Source: Gemmatimonadales bacterium
GTDB taxonomy: Bacteria; Gemmatimonadota; Gemmatimonadetes; Gemmatimonadales; GWC2-71-9
Assembly (NCBI GenBank): GCA_041615815.1
Contig: JBFJCP010000001.1
Location: 192,001-256,000, forward strand
Length of the DNA: 64,000 bases
Direction: 5' to 3'
Shown: one piece after another, positions 17,768-28,174 of the stretch
How the letters are laid out: every line of letters begins with the position of its first letter
Position numbering within the stretch: the stretch's first letter is position 1
The notes under the pieces: generated by a model
What the model saw: the letters and a program-made list of their open reading frames with translations, nothing else
What the model was told of the DNA's origin: nothing
Databases searched by the model: none
Translations under genes and position numbers: made by a program

Positions 17768-19285
17768 ATGGTGAGTTCTGCCGAGATGATCGCCGCGCTT
17801 CGCGAGCTGGCGAACATGAAGCAGCTCGATCGCGAGGAGCTGATCGACCTGCTGCGCGATGGCATCCACGCGGCGCTGGTCAAGCGCTTCGGTGCCAACG
17901 TGCGCGCGGAAATCGAGATCGATGACTTGAAAGGAACGATCCTCACCACGGTCCTCAGAACGGTGGTCGACGAGGTTGACGACCCGAGCTCGCAGATCTC
18001 CCTAGAGGAGGCCCGGTGGGAGGACGAGGATTTCGAGCCCGGTGACGTGCTTGAAGAGGAGGTGCCGTTCGAAGCCTTCGGGCGCCTCGCGGTCCAAGCG
18101 GCCAAGCAGCGGATCATTCAGCGCGTCCGGGAGGGGGAGCGCGCGCGCATCCGGGATGAGTTTGGGCCCAAGCTCGGCGAGCTCATCACGGGCGAGGTGC
18201 AGCAGATCGAACGCGGCCGGTTGGTCATCATGATCAACAAGTTCCGCGAGGCCGAGGCGATCATCCCCTATCGGGAACAGAATCCTCGTGAGCATTTTCA
18301 TCAGGGGGATGCGATCCGCGCCGTCTTGAAACGACTCGAGGAAACCCCAAAGGGACCTCGGCTGATCCTGTCGCGAGCGGACCCATTGTTCGTCCAGGCT
18401 CTGTTCAAGCTCGAGGTCCCCGAGGTGCAGCAGGGTCTGGTCGAGATTCGGGCGGCCGCGCGTGAGGTCGGAAGCCGCACCAAGATCGCCGTGAGCAGCC
18501 GCGACGATTCCATCGATCCCGTGGGCGCCTGCGTCGGGCTGAAAGGAAGCCGCGTGCAGGCCGTCGTGAACGAGCTCGGCGGGGAGCGGATCGATATCGT
18601 GCCGTGGTCGCCCGATCCGGAACGGTTTGCCAAATTGGCGCTGGCCCCGGCCCGCGTCGCCAGGGTCTTCTCCGACGCCGACGGTCGGACGATTCAGGCG
18701 ATCGTCGACGAGGATCAGCTATCATTGGCCATCGGGCGCAACGGCCAGAATGTCCGGTTGGCCTCGGAGCTGACGGAGTGGAAAATCGATCTGTACTCGA
18801 GCCGCGAATGGCTCGAGCGAGGTGGTGAGGGACCCCTGTTCGCCCCGTTGCCCCCCGAAGACGAATTGGTGGCAGACGTGCGATTGGACGAACTCAAGGG
18901 GATCTCACCCGAGCTCGTGCAGACGCTGGAACGTGCGGGGTTGAAGACACTGCGCGATATTTTGGATCTGGAGCGCGACGACGTACTCAAGATCCACGAG
19001 ATCACGCCGGAGCAAGCAGACGAGCTGATGGCGTTTCTCTCCGAGCTGACGGAAGAGAATCCCGACGGCGAGGCGGCGGCGGCCACCAGCGGCAGCAAGG
19101 GCGCGGGGACGGGTGGTGCGCAGGCGGCACCAAAGGGCGATGATGAGTCGAGCACTGAAGGCCCGGAGCCGGCGGCCGGCAGCGCAGGCGCGAATGCGGG
19201 GACGGATGGTGAGCAGGAGAAGTCGGAGGGGGATGATCAGCCAGGCGCGGAGGGACGGGAGCCGGAGACGTCTCCAGCGGCGTGA
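17768..19285 (+). CDS. nusA: Transcription factor NusA
   Basis: S1/KH domains, DPVGACVG.KGSRV, LAIGRNGQNVRLA; acidic C-terminal tail. Confidence 0.97.
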   Translation: MVSSAEMIAALRELANMKQLDREELIDLLRDGIHAALVKRFGANVRAEIEIDDLKGTILTTVLRTVVDEVDDPSSQISLEEARWEDEDFEPGDVLEEEVPFEAFGRLAVQAAKQRIIQRVREGERARIRDEFGPKLGELITGEVQQIERGRLVIMINKFREAEAIIPYREQNPREHFHQGDAIRAVLKRLEETPKGPRLILSRADPLFVQALFKLEVPEVQQGLVEIRAAAREVGSRTKIAVSSRDDSIDPVGACVGLKGSRVQAVVNELGGERIDIVPWSPDPERFAKLALAPARVARVFSDADGRTIQAIVDEDQLSLAIGRNGQNVRLASELTEWKIDLYSSREWLERGGEGPLFAPLPPEDELVADVRLDELKGISPELVQTLERAGLKTLRDILDLERDDVLKIHEITPEQADELMAFLSELTEENPDGEAAAATSGSKGAGTGGAQAAPKGDDESSTEGPEPAAGSAGANAGTDGEQEKSEGDDQPGAEGREPETSPAA

Positions 19286-19584
19286 GCGCCCGGTTACGCC
19301 TCGGCCTGCTGGGCCTGGGCGCGCGGGGCGGACACGTGGTGGCCGGGACGAGCGGTGTGCGGGCGGCGCTGCAACGGGACGAACTCGTGTTAGTGGTCGT
19401 CGCCTCCGATGCGAGCGCACGGACGCACGACAAGGTCAGTCGCCTGGCACGGGCAAGGGAGATTCCTGTCCTCACAGGGCCCGACGCCACAGAGTTGGCC
19501 CGTCGGGTCGGGCGTGCGGGATCGCTTCAAGCAGTGGGTGTTCGCGATCGGCATTTGGCGGCAGGGATTCAAGGTGAATCGTAG
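19282..19584 (+). CDS. L7Ae/L30e family RNA-binding protein (YlxQ-like)
   Basis: LLGLGARGG..VAG and VVASDAS motifs; located between nusA and infB. Confidence 0.85.
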   Translation: MSARLRLGLLGLGARGGHVVAGTSGVRAALQRDELVLVVVASDASARTHDKVSRLARAREIPVLTGPDATELARRVGRAGSLQAVGVRDRHLAAGIQGES

Positions 19585-19596
19585 CAGGAGGAGTGA

Positions 19597-22293
19597 GTGA
19601 GTAAGACGCGGGTCCATGATCTCGCTGCGGAATTTGGCGTCGAGAGCGGCAAGCTGATCAAGCTGCTTGCCGATATGGGTATTCACGTTCGCAGTCATTT
19701 GTCCGCACTCGACACCGGACAAGTGGCCCTGGTGCGTGCGCGCTGGGAACGGGAGAAACGCCGCGATTCGGGTACTCAGACGAAGACGCGTCGGCGTCGA
19801 ACGACGAAGACCACGAAGACGGCGAAGACCGCGAAGACCACGAAGACCACGAAGACCACGAAGAAAAAGGCCACGCCGAAGCCCAAAGAGCCGATTCGGC
19901 CCAAACGGCGCCGCCGCACCGCCGCCGAAGTGGCGGCCAAAGAGGCGGAAGCGGAGGCGAAGCGCCAGGCCGATGCAGCGGCCGCACCGGTCGCCGAAGC
20001 CGAGCCGGAGGCGGCTGAGGTCCCAGCGCCCACCCTCGAAGAGCGGGCCGCCGCATTATTCAAGGAGCCGCCCACCACCGAGCCTGAGGTTGCAACACCT
20101 GAGATCGTCGAGCCGCCCGCACCTCAAGAGGCCGCGCCTCCGGTGGCGGAACCGAAGGTGACGGCTGCGCAGGCCGCACCACCGCGTCACAAGCCAGCGC
20201 CGGTCATCCCCACACGCGTGCCCCGCCAGCCCCCACCTCGGGCCTGGACGCCGCGCAAGACGGGGCCACGTCCCGTGGCCTCCGCCGCCCCAGGCGAGCT
20301 GGCCGAAGAGCGCCGCCGCGACAAGAAGCGGCGCAAGAAGGGGAAGCGTCAACAGGTCGACAAGGAAGCCGTGCAGGCCAACATCAGCCGTACGTTGGCC
20401 ACCATCAAAGGACCCGGTCCACGCAAGGGCGCACGGCGGCGTGACGATGAGCCCAGCGCACGCGAGATCGCCGAGCAGCGACGCGCCGAGGAGCGCGAAC
20501 GCGAGAAGACCCTCGTTCGCGTCAACGAGTTCATTACCGTTTCCGAGCTGGCCACGAATCTAAGCGTGCCCCCCACGGAGATCGTCACCTTCTGCTTCAA
20601 AGAGCTGGGCATGATGGTGACGGTCAACCAACGGCTCGACTTCGACCAGATCGACCTCATCGCTGGTGCGTTCGGCTTCAAGGCCGTGCAGGAAGAAGAG
20701 TACGTGCCCGAAGAAGTCGTGACGGAGGAGCAGGATCAGCCCGAGGATATGGCGCCGCGACCACCGGTCGTCACCGTCATGGGACACGTGGACCACGGAA
20801 AGACGTCGCTGCTCGACTACGTTCGCAAGACGAATGTGATCGCAGGAGAGTCTGGCGGGATCACTCAGCACATCGGCGCGTACCACGTCGAGCTGGCCAA
20901 CGGCAAAGTCATCACGTTCCTCGACACCCCTGGACACGAGGCCTTCACCGCCATGCGCGCTCGCGGCGCGCAGGTGACGGATCTCGTGGTGCTGGTAGTG
21001 GCGGCAGACGATCAGGTCATGCCGCAAACCATCGAGGCCATCAGTCACGCCAGGAACGCGGGCGTCCCCCTGGTCGTTGCCATCAATAAGATCGACCTGC
21101 CCAACGCGAACGTGGCGAAAGTCAAGCAAGACCTCCTCAAGCACGAAGTGCTGCTGGAGGAGTTTGGCGGAGAGACGATGGGCCAACCGATCTCGGCCAA
21201 GAGTGGCCAAGGCGTGGACGAGCTCCTCGAAAAGATCCTGCTGCAATCGGAAGTCCTCGACCTCACAGCCAACCCAGACCGGCCGGGCCGAGGAACCGTC
21301 ATCGAATCCACGCTCGATCCCGGGAAGGGACCCGTCGCGACGATCCTCATCGAGAACGGAACGCTCAAGGTGGGTGACGACTTCATCTGCGGAAATCTCG
21401 CAGGACGCGTCCGTGCCATGATCGATGAGCGTGGCCAACGGGTCGACGCCGCTGGGCCATCGATTCCTGTTCAGATCCTCGGCTTCGAGGGCGTGGCTCA
21501 GGCGGGAGACACCTTCATGGTCGTCGACTCCGCGCAGCACGCTCGCGATATCGCACAAAAGCGGCAGCGGCTGGATCGTGAGGCCGCCCACCGTCGCTCG
21601 TCCCGGGGTGTCTCCCTCGAGGACTTGTCGAAACAGATCGAGGTTGGAGAGGTGCAGGCGCTCAACATCATCATCAAGGCGGACCAGGGCGGGCCCGCAG
21701 AGGCCCTTGCCGACGCGTTTGCGCAGCTGTCCACGGATGAGGTCATGGTGGAGGTGATTCACCGCGGGGTGGGCGCCATCACCGAGAGCGACGTGCTCCT
21801 CGCCAAGGCGTCGAGCGCGATTGTGGTGGGCTTCCATGTCCGACCCGACGCCAACGCCCGCGCTGCGGCGGAGCGGGAATCCGTCGATATCCGCACCTAT
21901 CGCGTGATCTACGAGGCGGTGGAAGACGTCAAGGCCGCGCTCGAGGGGCTGCTATCACCGGAAAAGAAGGAGATCGTCCTCGGGGAGGCCGAAGTCCGCC
22001 AGACCTTCAAGATCTCCGGGGTCGGTACCATCGCGGGCTGTTACGTTCGCAACGGGATCATCCGGCGCGGAGCCAAGATGCGGGTCATTCGAGACGGCGT
22101 CGAAGTCTACGCCGGCGGGATCGGAAGCCTCAAACGGTTCAAGGAAGATGTACGGGAGGTCCGGGAGGGTCTCGAATGCGGCATCGGTGTCGAGAACTTC
22201 AACGACATCAAGGTGGGCGACGTGCTCGAAGCCTATCAGATCGAGGAGGTAGCCCGGTCCCTGGAAACGGCGGGAACCGGCAAAGACACCTAG
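19597..22293 (+). CDS. infB: Translation initiation factor IF-2
   Basis: [16 protein letters not shown] and NKID motifs; IF2 N-terminal RVHDLA. Confidence 0.98.
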   Translation: MSKTRVHDLAAEFGVESGKLIKLLADMGIHVRSHLSALDTGQVALVRARWEREKRRDSGTQTKTRRRRTTKTTKTAKTAKTTKTTKTTKKKATPKPKEPIRPKRRRRTAAEVAAKEAEAEAKRQADAAAAPVAEAEPEAAEVPAPTLEERAAALFKEPPTTEPEVATPEIVEPPAPQEAAPPVAEPKVTAAQAAPPRHKPAPVIPTRVPRQPPPRAWTPRKTGPRPVASAAPGELAEERRRDKKRRKKGKRQQVDKEAVQANISRTLATIKGPGPRKGARRRDDEPSAREIAEQRRAEEREREKTLVRVNEFITVSELATNLSVPPTEIVTFCFKELGMMVTVNQRLDFDQIDLIAGAFGFKAVQEEEYVPEEVVTEEQDQPEDMAPRPPVVTVMGHVDHGKTSLLDYVRKTNVIAGESGGITQHIGAYHVELANGKVITFLDTPGHEAFTAMRARGAQVTDLVVLVVAADDQVMPQTIEAISHARNAGVPLVVAINKIDLPNANVAKVKQDLLKHEVLLEEFGGETMGQPISAKSGQGVDELLEKILLQSEVLDLTANPDRPGRGTVIESTLDPGKGPVATILIENGTLKVGDDFICGNLAGRVRAMIDERGQRVDAAGPSIPVQILGFEGVAQAGDTFMVVDSAQHARDIAQKRQRLDREAAHRRSSRGVSLEDLSKQIEVGEVQALNIIIKADQGGPAEALADAFAQLSTDEVMVEVIHRGVGAITESDVLLAKASSAIVVGFHVRPDANARAAAERESVDIRTYRVIYEAVEDVKAALEGLLSPEKKEIVLGEAEVRQTFKISGVGTIAGCYVRNGIIRRGAKMRVIRDGVEVYAGGIGSLKRFKEDVREVREGLECGIGVENFNDIKVGDVLEAYQIEEVARSLETAGTGKDT
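19804..19866 (+). repeat. 7 x 9-bp tandem repeat (RCGAAGACC) inside infB
   Basis: acgaagacc acgaagacg gcgaagacc gcgaagacc acgaagacc acgaagacc acgaagaaa. Confidence 0.9.
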
Positions 22294-22294
22294 C

Positions 22295-22576
22295 GTGGTC
22301 ATCGGCCTCAAGACCTGGGAGCTGCACCTGCAGGGATGCCAGTCTCTCAAGGACAAGCGCCGGATCCTCAAGAGCCTCAAAGACCGTCTCCACCGCCGCT
22401 TCAACGTGTCGGTGGCCGAAACCAATCACCACGATCGCTGGCAACGTGCCGAGCTTTCCTGCTGCGTGGTCGCTGTCGATCGCCGGCAGGCCGAGTCCGT
22501 CCTCAACTCCGCGGATGAGCTCGTGGCGAGGGACGGACTGGCCCGGATCGTCGATTCCGTGACCAACCTGCTATGA
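22295..22576 (+). CDS. DUF503 (YlxP) protein
   Basis: SLKDKRR and FNVSVAE motifs; located between infB and rbfA. Confidence 0.9.
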   Translation: MVIGLKTWELHLQGCQSLKDKRRILKSLKDRLHRRFNVSVAETNHHDRWQRAELSCCVVAVDRRQAESVLNSADELVARDGLARIVDSVTNLL

Positions 22577-22938
22577 CGCGTCCCCGACGACCCCACCGTC
22601 CCGAACGAATCGCTGCCTTGATTCAGGAAGCGCTCGCGACGGCGCTGACCAAGGAGCTCAAAGATCCCCGCGTCGGCTTCGTAACGCTCACGGGCGTCAC
22701 GGTGTCGCAAGACGGAACTCACGCGAGCGTTCGCGTGAGCGTCATGGGGGACGAGCAGACGAAAGACAGCGCGATGGAAGGCCTCAAGAGCGCCCGTGGG
22801 TTTCTGCGGTCGTATCTCGCCCAGCACCTTCCACTCCGGACGACACCCGAACTGCACTTTGTCCTCGATCGCGGGCTCGAGCACGCCGCGCGCATCAACG
22901 AGCTCCTCGGCAAGCTCAAACAGGAGGACGAGTCCTGA
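22573..22938 (+). CDS. rbfA: Ribosome-binding factor A
   Basis: KDPRVG, GFLRS and PELHF motifs. Confidence 0.95.
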   Translation: MTRPRRPHRPERIAALIQEALATALTKELKDPRVGFVTLTGVTVSQDGTHASVRVSVMGDEQTKDSAMEGLKSARGFLRSYLAQHLPLRTTPELHFVLDRGLEHAARINELLGKLKQEDES

Positions 22939-23792
22939 GCGGGGCAGGACTGCTCCTCATCGACAAGCCCGAGGGTCCCACGTCGCACGACGTGGTGGAT
23001 GCCGTGCGCCGCAGACTGGGCGTGCGGCGAGTCGGTCACAGCGGCACGCTGGACCCGTTCGCGTCCGGACTGCTCCTCATGTTGGTGGGGCGGGCGACAC
23101 GATTGTCGCAGTTCCTGGTCGGTCTCACCAAGCGGTATAGCGGGGAGATTCACCTCGGCATGGTGACCGATACCGATGACCGGACGGGCGAGCCCCTGCG
23201 GTCGAGCGACACCTGGCGCGGGCTTTCCCGAGAGGACATCGCCAGCGCCGTCTCGGGACTCACCGGTCGCTACGGGCAACGCCCACCGGCGTATTCGGCA
23301 AAGAAAGTGGACGGTCGCCGCGCGCACCGCCTGGCGCGGCAAGGCGTGCCCGTGGACCTCCCTCCTCGCGAAGTGGAGATCTTGGCGTTCGACGTCGGCG
23401 CGCTGCGCGGTCCAACGCTCGCCTTCACCGCCCACGTGAGCAGCGGGACCTATCTCCGGGCCCTGGCACGGGATCTGGGGGAGCGGCTCGGCTGCGGCGC
23501 GCACCTCCACCGCCTCCGGCGAACCGCTATCGGCCCATTCGCGGTCGAACAGGCGCTACCGTTGGACGACCTCAACGCGGATAGCCCGATCCTGCCGGCG
23601 ATGGAGGCCGTCCGTCACCTCCCGACGCTCGAGTTGAGCGCCGGCGAGCGCGAACGCGTCACGCACGGTCAACCGATCGACTTACACGCCGCCGGGCGCG
23701 GGCCTGTGGCACTTGTGCGGGACGCCGAGCTGGTGGCCGTTGCCGAGCCGCGGAACGGTGTCCTGAAGCCACGGGTCGTCCTCGCCGGATGA
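22935..23792 (+). CDS. truB: tRNA pseudouridine(55) synthase, CTG start
   Basis: GLLLIDKPEGPTSHDV lies upstream of the first canonical start; GHSGTLDP and SGTYLR motifs; AGGAGG 7 nt before CTG. Confidence 0.93.
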   Translation: MSGAGLLLIDKPEGPTSHDVVDAVRRRLGVRRVGHSGTLDPFASGLLLMLVGRATRLSQFLVGLTKRYSGEIHLGMVTDTDDRTGEPLRSSDTWRGLSREDIASAVSGLTGRYGQRPPAYSAKKVDGRRAHRLARQGVPVDLPPREVEILAFDVGALRGPTLAFTAHVSSGTYLRALARDLGERLGCGAHLHRLRRTAIGPFAVEQALPLDDLNADSPILPAMEAVRHLPTLELSAGERERVTHGQPIDLHAAGRGPVALVRDAELVAVAEPRNGVLKPRVVLAG

Positions 23793-24724
23793 GCCAATCC
23801 GCTTTGCCGCTGGATGGTCGCGGAACGGTGCTCACTGTGGGCAGCTTCGACGGGGTGCACCTCGGGCACCGCCAGGTATTGGAGGAAATTGCCATCAGGG
23901 CGGCTCGTGCGAACCGCCGGAGCGTCCTCGTGACGTTTGAGCCGCACCCGCTGGAGATCGTGAACCCCCAGGCGGCGCCGCTCCTCCTGACCCTCGCGAA
24001 TGAGCGCCGCGAGATCCTCGCCCAATGCGACCTGGATGTGGTCGTGTTTCTGGCGTTCACTCGAGCGCTCTCGCAGTACACGCCGAAGGCGTTTGTTCGC
24101 CTGCTCCTGGACCGGTTTCAGATGCGGGAACTCGTGATCGGGTACGATCATGGTTTTGGCCGCGGACGCGCCGGCGACGTGGGGGTGCTCCGGGTCCTGG
24201 GACAAGAGATGGGATTTGCGGTCGACGTGGTGGCGGAGGTCGATTCGGCGGGACGACCGGTCTCCTCGACGCTCGTGCGCCGCGCGGTAGCTGGGGGAGA
24301 TCTCGCCACGGCGACGCGGCTCCTGGGACGGCCGTACGCCCTCACGGCACCGGTCATGCCAGGGAAGGGCCGCGGACGGGACATCGGGTACCGCACCATT
24401 AACCTCGTGCTTCCCGATGCACGGAAGCTCCTGCCGCCGGACGGGGTATATGCGGTACAGGTGGAATGGCGCACGGGCCGGGCAGGGGGGATGATGCACA
24501 TCGGACCGCGCCCGACCTTCGCGGAGACGGACCGATCGCTCGAGGTTCATCTTCTCGATGCGCAGGTGGACCTTTATGACCACGAGATTAAGGTCTCGTG
24601 GATCGCCCGGCTTCGGGATGTGATGACGTTTCCTTCGCCGGAGGCGCTCAAGCAACAGTTGGACAAGGACTTCGCCGCTGCCCGCCATGCGTTGACAGCA
24701 CCGGGCAGCCTCAGTAGTCATTAG
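23789..24724 (+). CDS. ribF: Bifunctional riboflavin kinase/FAD synthetase
   Basis: GSFDGVHLGH, VSSTLVR, G.RPTF and LEVH motifs. Confidence 0.96.
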   Translation: MSQSALPLDGRGTVLTVGSFDGVHLGHRQVLEEIAIRAARANRRSVLVTFEPHPLEIVNPQAAPLLLTLANERREILAQCDLDVVVFLAFTRALSQYTPKAFVRLLLDRFQMRELVIGYDHGFGRGRAGDVGVLRVLGQEMGFAVDVVAEVDSAGRPVSSTLVRRAVAGGDLATATRLLGRPYALTAPVMPGKGRGRDIGYRTINLVLPDARKLLPPDGVYAVQVEWRTGRAGGMMHIGPRPTFAETDRSLEVHLLDAQVDLYDHEIKVSWIARLRDVMTFPSPEALKQQLDKDFAAARHALTAPGSLSSH

Positions 24725-24751
24725 GGCCTTTCGGGGACTTCAACGGAATCC

Positions 24752-26416
24752 ATGTTTTCGACAATCAAGGGCCGTTTCATCGTCATCCTCGCGCTCGTGG
24801 CATTGAGCGTCTGGTCGCTCATTCCACGCAACGTCACGATTCGGGAGCGCGGGGAGGATGGGGTGATGCGCGACGTCGTCGTCAAGCGGGTCCCGCTCAA
24901 GCAAGGCTTGGATCTGCGCGGCGGCATTCACTTGGCGCTCGAGATCGATGAGTCGGCAGGCCAAGTGGCCGACAAGGCCGATGCTCTGGAGCGGGCACTG
25001 ACCGTCATTCGCACCCGGGTCGACGAGTTCGGGGTTGCAGAACCGCTCATTCAGAAGGTCGGCGACGAGCGTATCGTCGTCGAATTGGCCGGCATCGACG
25101 ATCCGGCACGTGCCAAGCAGATCGTCCAGCGTTCGGCCTTTCTGGAATTCCGGATCACGGACATGGAGCAGCAGTTCCGCGATGCGCTTCCCGCGATCGA
25201 CCAGGCGCTGATGCGCGAGGGAGTGCGAGCGGATCGGACCACGACCGGCGCCGCAGGGCCGAGCCAGCTGGAGGCCCTCCTGGGTGCGGATACCACGGCC
25301 GCGGACACGGCGTCGGTGAATCAGGATACCACGGCCGCGGACACGGCGTTCGCGCTGGACCAACCCGGGCCGTTGAGCACGTATCTGTTCAACGGGAATC
25401 TTCCTGGCGAGTTTCTCGTACCCGAGGAAGATTTTCCCCGGGTGGACAGCCTGCTCAACCACCCGGCAGCGGTGCGCGCCTTCCCGCGAGGACTGGAGCT
25501 CGTGTGGGCGATGGAGCCGATCGCGCAGGGAGCGCGCTCATATCGCGGCCTTTATGTCGTTCAACGGCGCCCTATCATCACGGGGGAGTACCTCTCCGAC
25601 GCTCGCGCTACCATCGACCAATTGAACAATCAGGCCATCGTACAGTTCGAGCTCACGCGCTCCGGCGGCCGCATCTTCCGTCGCGAGACGGGCCGGCACG
25701 TGGGTGACTACATGGCGATCATGTTGGATGGACGGGTACACCGCTCGCCACCGGTGATTCGGTCGCAGATCGGACGGAACGGGCAGATCGAGTTGGGCAA
25801 CGCGAGTCTCCAGGAAGCGCAGGATCTGGCGTTGGTGCTCCGCGCGGGAGCGCTTCCCGCACCTATTCACATCGTGGAAGAGCGAACGGTCGGACCCAGT
25901 CTCGGGCGCGATTCGATCGCCCAGGGGAGACGGGCCGCGATCATCGCATCCGTCGCGATCGTGCTGATCGTGATCGCGTATTATCGGTTCTCTGGGCTGC
26001 TGGCAGTCCTCGCGCTCGGCTTCTACGGGCTGTTTACGCTCGGCGGACTTGCGATGTTCGGCGCCACGCTCACGCTTCCGGGTCTGGCCGGCTTCGCCCT
26101 CTCCATCGGCATGGCGGTCGACGCCAACGTGCTGATCTTCGAACGGATCCGGGAAGAGCTTGGCTACGGCAAGTCCGTGCGACTGGCCGTGGACGACGGA
26201 TTCAAGCACGCCATGCCAGCTATCGTCGACTCCAACATCACCACCGTGCTCACCGCGTTGTTCCTCTTTCAGTTTGGAACGGGACCGGTCAAAGGATTTG
26301 CTGTCACCCTGATCGTCGGCATCTTTGCCTCTTTCATCACGGCGGTCTTCATCACTCGCACGCTTTTCTTGATCTGGCTACAAGCCGGTCAGACGACGAA
26401 GGAACTCTCGATCTGA
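24752..26416 (+). CDS. secD: Protein translocase subunit SecD
   Basis: GLDLRGG, LRAGALPAP, GPSLG and VDANVLIFERIREE motifs. Confidence 0.96.
   Translation: MFSTIKGRFIVILALVALSVWSLIPRNVTIRERGEDGVMRDVVVKRVPLKQGLDLRGGIHLALEIDESAGQVADKADALERALTVIRTRVDEFGVAEPLIQKVGDERIVVELAGIDDPARAKQIVQRSAFLEFRITDMEQQFRDALPAIDQALMREGVRADRTTTGAAGPSQLEALLGADTTAADTASVNQDTTAADTAFALDQPGPLSTYLFNGNLPGEFLVPEEDFPRVDSLLNHPAAVRAFPRGLELVWAMEPIAQGARSYRGLYVVQRRPIITGEYLSDARATIDQLNNQAIVQFELTRSGGRIFRRETGRHVGDYMAIMLDGRVHRSPPVIRSQIGRNGQIELGNASLQEAQDLALVLRAGALPAPIHIVEERTVGPSLGRDSIAQGRRAAIIASVAIVLIVIAYYRFSGLLAVLALGFYGLFTLGGLAMFGATLTLPGLAGFALSIGMAVDANVLIFERIREELGYGKSVRLAVDDGFKHAMPAIVDSNITTVLTALFLFQFGTGPVKGFAVTLIVGIFASFITAVFITRTLFLIWLQAGQTTKELSI
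25288..25349 (+). repeat. 26-bp direct repeat (period 36) inside secD
   Basis: ggataccacggccgcggacacggcgt at 25288 and 25324; encodes DTTAADTA twice. Confidence 0.85.
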
Positions 26417-27387
26417 TGATTCGCATATTCGCCGAGGCCAACTACGATTTTCTCGCGGTTCGAAAGATCGCGTATGGTCTTACCGCCGCCATTGTGATCC
26501 CGGGTCTCGTGCTCTTGGCGGTCCGCGGGCTCAACGAGAGCATCGAGTTCACCGGCGGTACCCTCATCGAGATTCAGGCCAAGCAACCGGCCATCACCAT
26601 CGCGGGCATTCGGGATGCGCTGTGCGGTTCGGACCTCTGTGATGCGGAGATTCAGACGTTTGGGGCGCCCAACGAGTTCGTGATTCGTGCGCGGCTCGCG
26701 GCGGACGCTGCGACAGTTGTCGACCAGGGGACGCAAGAGGTGAGTGAAGCCGTCGCGGCCAGTCTTACGGGCACGTTTGGAGACGGAAGCTACGAAGTGG
26801 TCCGCACCGAGGCGGTGGGACCCAAAGTGGGCGGCGAGCTTCGACAGAAAGCGCTGCTGGCCATCATTCTGTCGTTTGGCGTGACCCTCATCTACATCGC
26901 GTTTCGGTTCGAGTGGAGGTTTGGCATCGCCGCCATCGCCGCGACGGCCCACGATATTCTCGCTGGTGTCGCGTTCATCACCATCTTGAATCTCGAGATC
27001 TCGCTGGTCGTCGTCGCCGCCGTGCTCACCATTCTCGGGTATTCCCTCAACGACACCATCGTCGTCTTCGACCGCGTGCGGGAGAATCTCCGCAAGTACA
27101 AGCGGGAGAATCTCTACGCCATCCTGAATCGTAGCGTCAATGAGACGCTGCCACGCACCTTGCTCACCGGGGTCACGACCCTCGTCGCGACCACCTCACT
27201 CCTTATCTTCGGCGGACGGGTGATCGCCGGGTTCGCAGCCGTGATGACATTCGGCATCATCATTGGGACCTTCTCATCCATCTACATTGCTTCACCCGTG
27301 CTGCTAGCGATCGAGCAACGCTGGCCCGGCGAAGACGTCCGGGGGGCCAAGACGATCATGCCGCGCGCCGCACCGGTATCGGGATAG
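26416..27387 (+). CDS. secF: Protein translocase subunit SecF
   Basis: IEFTGG, GYSLNDTIVVFDRVRE and GTFSSIYIA motifs. Confidence 0.96.
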   Translation: MIRIFAEANYDFLAVRKIAYGLTAAIVIPGLVLLAVRGLNESIEFTGGTLIEIQAKQPAITIAGIRDALCGSDLCDAEIQTFGAPNEFVIRARLAADAATVVDQGTQEVSEAVAASLTGTFGDGSYEVVRTEAVGPKVGGELRQKALLAIILSFGVTLIYIAFRFEWRFGIAAIAATAHDILAGVAFITILNLEISLVVVAAVLTILGYSLNDTIVVFDRVRENLRKYKRENLYAILNRSVNETLPRTLLTGVTTLVATTSLLIFGGRVIAGFAAVMTFGIIIGTFSSIYIASPVLLAIEQRWPGEDVRGAKTIMPRAAPVSG

Positions 27388-27400
27388 TCTTCTCCCGCCA

Positions 27401-28171
27401 GTGCTCGTCGACACGCACTGTCATCTGGCCGACGCCCGCTTCGATGACGATCGGACGGTGGTAGTCGAGCGCGCTCGCCAAGCGGGCGTCACCCATGTCG
27501 TGATTATCGCCGATTCGGCTCCGAATACGGGCCGCGTCGTCGAACTCGCCAAGGCGCTCGATCTCTCAGCGACGGCCGGTGTGCATCCACACGAGGCTTC
27601 GTCGTGGTCCTCGGAAACGCGAGCTCGCATCGAGGCGGTCCTCCACGATCCGGTGGTCGTCGCCGTGGGAGAAACCGGCCTCGACTACCATTACGATCAC
27701 GCGCCACGGGAGGCACAGCGTCGGGCCTTCGGCGACCAGCTCACGCTGGCCAGCCAACACGGACTCCCAGCCGTCGTACACTCCCGCTCCGCCGATGACG
27801 ACATGGCGGACATGCTGCGGGATACCGAAGCCGCGGTCGTGCTCCACTCCTTCAGCGCCGGACCCAAGGTCTTGGACGTGGCCCTCCAGCGGTCCTTCTA
27901 CGTTTCGTTCAGCGGCATGGTCACCTTTCGGTCGTGGACCGATCGGGAGGCCGTCACCGCCGTCGCCGACGATCGCGTCCTGGTCGAGACTGATGCCCCG
28001 TACCTCGCTCCCGTGCCGCACCGGGGGAAACGCAACGAACCGGCATTCGTGCGACACGTTGCCCTGTGCGTCGCGGAGTTCCGGGACACGGCCCACACGG
28101 ACCTGGCCCGCTTGACCACGGACAATGCTGTGCGTTGTTTCGGAAATCGCATCGCTCAACTCTGTCCCTGA
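27401..28171 (+). CDS. TatD family hydrolase
   Basis: DTHCH, GVHPH, GETGLD and ETDAPYL motifs. Confidence 0.93.
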   Translation: MLVDTHCHLADARFDDDRTVVVERARQAGVTHVVIIADSAPNTGRVVELAKALDLSATAGVHPHEASSWSSETRARIEAVLHDPVVVAVGETGLDYHYDHAPREAQRRAFGDQLTLASQHGLPAVVHSRSADDDMADMLRDTEAAVVLHSFSAGPKVLDVALQRSFYVSFSGMVTFRSWTDREAVTAVADDRVLVETDAPYLAPVPHRGKRNEPAFVRHVALCVAEFRDTAHTDLARLTTDNAVRCFGNRIAQLCP

Positions 28172-28174
28172 TCC

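Noticed and set aside
19282..19584. L7Ae-family protein as a SECIS-binding factor
   Set aside because: Standard YlxQ-like member of the nusA-infB operon; bacterial SECIS recognition is by SelB
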